Virus record (IMG/VR): IMGVR_UViG_2681813232_000002 | Source of the DNA: a virus | Taxonomy: Duplodnaviria; Heunggongvirae; Uroviricota; Caudoviricetes | Direction: 5' to 3' (one strand) | DNA length: 35,822 nucleotides | Part shown: in pieces, positions 33,486 to 35,822 of the stretch | How the letters are laid out: every line of letters starts with the position of its first letter | Numbering within the stretch: position 1 is the stretch's first letter | Position numbers and translations under genes: made by a program | Notes under the pieces: model-generated | Told to the model about the DNA's origin: nothing | What the model saw: the letters and a program-made list of their open reading frames with translations, nothing else | Databases searched by the model: none

Positions 33486-34306
33486 ATATTTTAAAAATTA
33501 ATAATACTGATTCTCTGCTCAGAGATTACTACCAGTTGGATGAAGCTTCAGAAAAAATTGGTTGTAGTGAAAAGGATATACTCTGGTTTGCCAGAGAACG
33601 AGATGTAGAGCTATGCATGGAATTCCATGATGATGAGTATGATGTTTCATGTGGTTTGAAGATTGATGGTCAAATAGATGAGTTCTTATCTAATCTGAAA
33701 TATTTACCACGAGATAGAAATGGCAATATTATGTTGTCAGACTTAAGTTCTATAAGAATCCCTGATGAAGATAATTTAATTGATAAAAATGGTTTTATTC
33801 GATGCTTCATATCCGGTTTATGGGCTGTTGATTATGAATATAAAGATCTGTTAGTTAAGCATGAGGGGCAACCGGATTCCTGGCCTATTCATTTTCTACT
33901 GGCGGGTACGCCTAATATAAATTGTAAGGTAATTCTTTATGTAAATTATGATGAAAAAGAAAATTATTATCTTTTTGAGGTTTTGTGGATTACAAAGGTA
34001 CAGATTCAAAAATTCATTGATATAGTCTTATGCGAACAAAAGCGGATAAAAAACGCCAATAAATATAAATCACAATCTGAGGCGCAAAAACAAAAACATG
34101 CTGTTCCTCGAGCTGAAATACTCATGGCTATTATTTCGCTCTATCATCGTGATATGAGGCTAAGAAGAGAGAGTCCAGCAGCGATAGCTGATTATCTTTT
34201 TCAACATGCCAGTGAGTTCTGGCCTAAGACCGGAGAACCGCCTTTGAGCTATGATACTGTTGTTAGTTTGCTACGTAGTTGCATGAAAAACATTAAGTTT
34301 AACTAA
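33482..34306 (+). CDS. Hypothetical protein, AT-rich, translationally coupled to the integrase (ATGA overlap)
   Basis: 274-aa ORF with markedly AT-rich codon usage; no family recognised. Confidence 0.7.
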   Translation: MNILKINNTDSLLRDYYQLDEASEKIGCSEKDILWFARERDVELCMEFHDDEYDVSCGLKIDGQIDEFLSNLKYLPRDRNGNIMLSDLSSIRIPDEDNLIDKNGFIRCFISGLWAVDYEYKDLLVKHEGQPDSWPIHFLLAGTPNINCKVILYVNYDEKENYYLFEVLWITKVQIQKFIDIVLCEQKRIKNANKYKSQSEAQKQKHAVPRAEILMAIISLYHRDMRLRRESPAAIADYLFQHASEFWPKTGEPPLSYDTVVSLLRSCMKNIKFN

Positions 34307-34431
34307 ATATTAACAATTGTTGTGGCTAATGATTTTGAATTTTTTTCATTAGTCACATTTTTCTCATTTATAACCTATGTTTTAATTTTCCGTGTTGAAG
34401 CCAATAGACTTAGATAAACGGAGAATGATGA

Positions 34432-34722
34432 ATGTTATCTAAACATGATAATACTACTTTGCAACGACCTTCAATGGATTCTCTGATCGATATGAAGTTT
34501 ATTACTTCCGATTGTTTATTAAGTGATAAATGGATTTATCGATTGATTTCTCTGAATCGCTTTCCAAAACCTATAAAAATAGGTCGGATGTCACGATGGC
34601 GCGCTGCTGATTATTATAAGTGGCGAGATGGGTTTGAAGAAAACTCAGGTCAACAGTTTGAGGGGATGAGAAATAAGGCAAGAGCAATTAATAAAGGGAA
34701 TAGATTATCACCTACTCCCTAA
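34432..34722 (+). CDS. alpA: AlpA-family (phage_AlpA) helix-turn-helix regulator / excisionase-like protein
   Basis: Segment DMKFITSDCLLSDKWIYRLISLNRFPKPIKIGRMSRWRAADYYKWRD fits the AlpA pattern (HTH, FPKP.K.G, W..E...W). Start codon uncertain (34432, 34474 or 34492). Confidence 0.6.
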   Translation: MLSKHDNTTLQRPSMDSLIDMKFITSDCLLSDKWIYRLISLNRFPKPIKIGRMSRWRAADYYKWRDGFEENSGQQFEGMRNKARAINKGNRLSPTP

Positions 34723-34754
34723 GCCTTAATTGATAGTTAGTAATATTTAACTGA

Positions 34755-34929
34755 TTAGCCTTTAGGGTCAATCCCGCGTGATTGGAGTTCTTTGCGTAAA
34801 ATTCTTTTAATCCAAGTTGCCAACGCGCTATCTCCATCTTTGCGCATTTCGTTTTCGAGTTGCAACCTAAAATCGTCGGTAAGACGCATTTGGAATGGTG
34901 GAGAACGTTTCTCTTGTGGTGTTGACATG
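34755..34929 (-). pseudogene. Arc-like ribbon-helix-helix repressor gene, apparently disrupted by a 1-nt frameshift
   Basis: From ATG (34929) the frame reads MSTPQEKRSPPFQMRLTDDFRLQ then shifts. The -1 frame continues LENEMRKDGDSALATWIKRILRKELQSRGIDPKG to a TAA. The joined sequence has an Arc-like strand-helix-helix pattern. Shift is at a T-run near 34860-34862. Confidence 0.35.
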
Positions 34930-34951
34930 GTAATTACCCTAGAATATGATG
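34923..34951 (+). promoter_or_regulatory. Candidate sigma70 promoter: TTGACA, 17-nt spacer, TATGAT, reading rightward
   Basis: TTGACA at 34923-34928, 17-nt spacer, TATGAT at 34946-34951; near-consensus hexamers. Confidence 0.5.
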
Positions 34952-34967
34952 ACTACATGGTAATTAC
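34930..34967 (+). promoter_or_regulatory. Two copies of the perfect 10-bp palindrome GGTAATTACC flanking the -10 (candidate operators)
   Basis: ACATGGTAATTACC occurs at 34926-34939 and 34954-34967; the palindrome cores are 28 bp apart centre to centre. Confidence 0.45.
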
Positions 34968-35059
34968 CATTGTAAGTATAGTTCGCTTGTAAAAGCAATG
35001 CCCGATTGTGCGGGAACACAAATCGGGCATTTAACCAACCGTTATAAGAGGTAACGAAG

Positions 35060-35236
35060 ATGGCTAAACAGAAGTGTACCTGGTTATTTGCGGCGATCAA
35101 CCGCAGTCAACGCAATGCCCGTCCTGTGATGTTAAGGATCACCGCAGATAACGAGCGGTCAGCGCGGCGCAGACTTGCCCCGGACTATGTACTGAGCTTT
35201 GCCGGGCGCATTCCCTGCGGAGGTGAACATGCGTAA
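35060..35236 (+). CDS. Small ORF (58 aa), hypothetical; first gene downstream of the candidate promoter
   Basis: SD GAGG 7-8 nt upstream of the ATG (MAKQKCTWLFAAINRSQRNARPVMLRITADNERSARRRLAPDYVLSFAGRIPCGGEHA). Its stop overlaps the next start. Below the ORF-track cutoff. Confidence 0.4.
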   Translation: MAKQKCTWLFAAINRSQRNARPVMLRITADNERSARRRLAPDYVLSFAGRIPCGGEHA

Positions 35237-35588
35237 TTATCCGCATCCCGGCGAACGCTGGCAGCATGAACGTGGCTGGACGGTCACGATTATCCGATTA
35301 ATAGAAGCCTCGCCCTCTGTGGCGCTGGTTAATCCTGAATTCAGCTGTGAAGTGCTGATACGTCATGACAGCGACAACCAGCTTTCTTCCTGCCCTCTGG
35401 CATGGTTTGAACAGCGATATACGCGCCTGTTTGATGTACCGCTCTTTAAGCCTGCACCAGCTCCTGCAGGCGGTAGTGGTTCCGGCCCGCTGACACTGCA
35501 TCCGTCTGTGCTATTTATCCGCTGGCGGGAGCGTAGCATATGGCGTTCTGCTGAGCCTGATGACGGTCACTATTCAAAGTTTCTCTGA
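35229..35588 (+). CDS. Hypothetical protein (119 aa)
   Basis: Strong SD GGAGGTG just upstream of ATG 35229 (MRNYPHPGERWQHERGWTVTII...). The ORF track starts at 35199 but the internal start has the better RBS. Confidence 0.55.
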   Translation: MRNYPHPGERWQHERGWTVTIIRLIEASPSVALVNPEFSCEVLIRHDSDNQLSSCPLAWFEQRYTRLFDVPLFKPAPAPAGGSGSGPLTLHPSVLFIRWRERSIWRSAEPDDGHYSKFL

Positions 35589-35618
35589 CACAATACCGCT
35601 GAAAACGGAGTAATCCAC

Positions 35619-35822
35619 GATGAATATTTCAAACGGGCACAACGGTGCTCAGGGCCACACTTTGCCTGAAAAACACAATACCGGTGTTTTTGCCTATGGG
35701 TTGTCAGAGGACCGTTTCGGAAAGCTGACCCGCGCAAGAAATGCCTGCGACATGCTCCAGCTTCTCTTTTCTGAATACCCGTCTCAGGCCGGAGCACTGG
35801 ACACTGGCTGTGCGCATGGTGT
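35619..35822 (+). CDS. Hypothetical protein, 3'-truncated by the window edge
   Basis: ATG at 35619 (MNISNGHNGAQGHTLPEKHNTGVFAYGLSEDRFGKL...); frame open to the end of the window. Confidence 0.45.

Larger units (their letters stand above)
32131..35822 (+). mobile_element. Left end of a separate integrase-bearing genomic island or satellite-like element (int, coupled cargo gene, alpA, regulatory module)
   Basis: P4-type int immediately downstream of the tRNA-derived att core, followed by AlpA and AT-rich genes. Confidence 0.6.

Noticed and set aside
34792-34992. 66-aa plus-strand ORF
   Set aside because: Implausible protein; the region is better explained by the minus-strand Arc-like gene and the promoter/operator module.

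Overview
This window is the late (lysis, packaging, head, tail) arm of an integrated lambda-like prophage, followed by its right junction and the start of a second integrative element. Calls rest on reading the ORF translations against recalled lambda protein sequences and on motifs visible in the sequence; no searches or computations were run. Layout: (1) 1-3020, end of the lysis cassette (GH24 lysozyme fragment, Rz with nested Rz1) and a small accessory region (KilA-N-like, DUF1398-like, small RHH-like genes) that ends in a lambda-type cos site, with the cohesive end at 3022-3033. (2) 3211-22706, a near-canonical lambda morphogenetic block: Nu1, A, W, B, C with nested Nu3, D, E, FI, FII, Z, U, V, G and G-T frameshift fusion, H, M, L, K, I, J, lom. 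(3) 22765-26529, a chimeric side tail fibre, followed by the leftover 3' end of a tail-fibre assembly gene. (4) 26713-32084, an AT-rich cargo region dominated by one 1484-aa protein with Walker A and B motifs. I consider this the most interesting object in the window: a candidate single-gene anti-phage defence protein of the STAND/NACHT-like kind, not assignable to a named family from sequence alone. (5) 32085-32130, a 46-bp copy of the 3' end of tRNA-Thr(CGU), most simply the prophage attR. (6) 32295 to the window end, a separate island: P4-type integrase, a translationally coupled AT-rich unknown gene, an AlpA-family regulator, a putative frameshifted Arc-like repressor beside a strong promoter with palindromic operators, and further small ORFs. 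No rRNA, intact tRNA or CRISPR array was seen.
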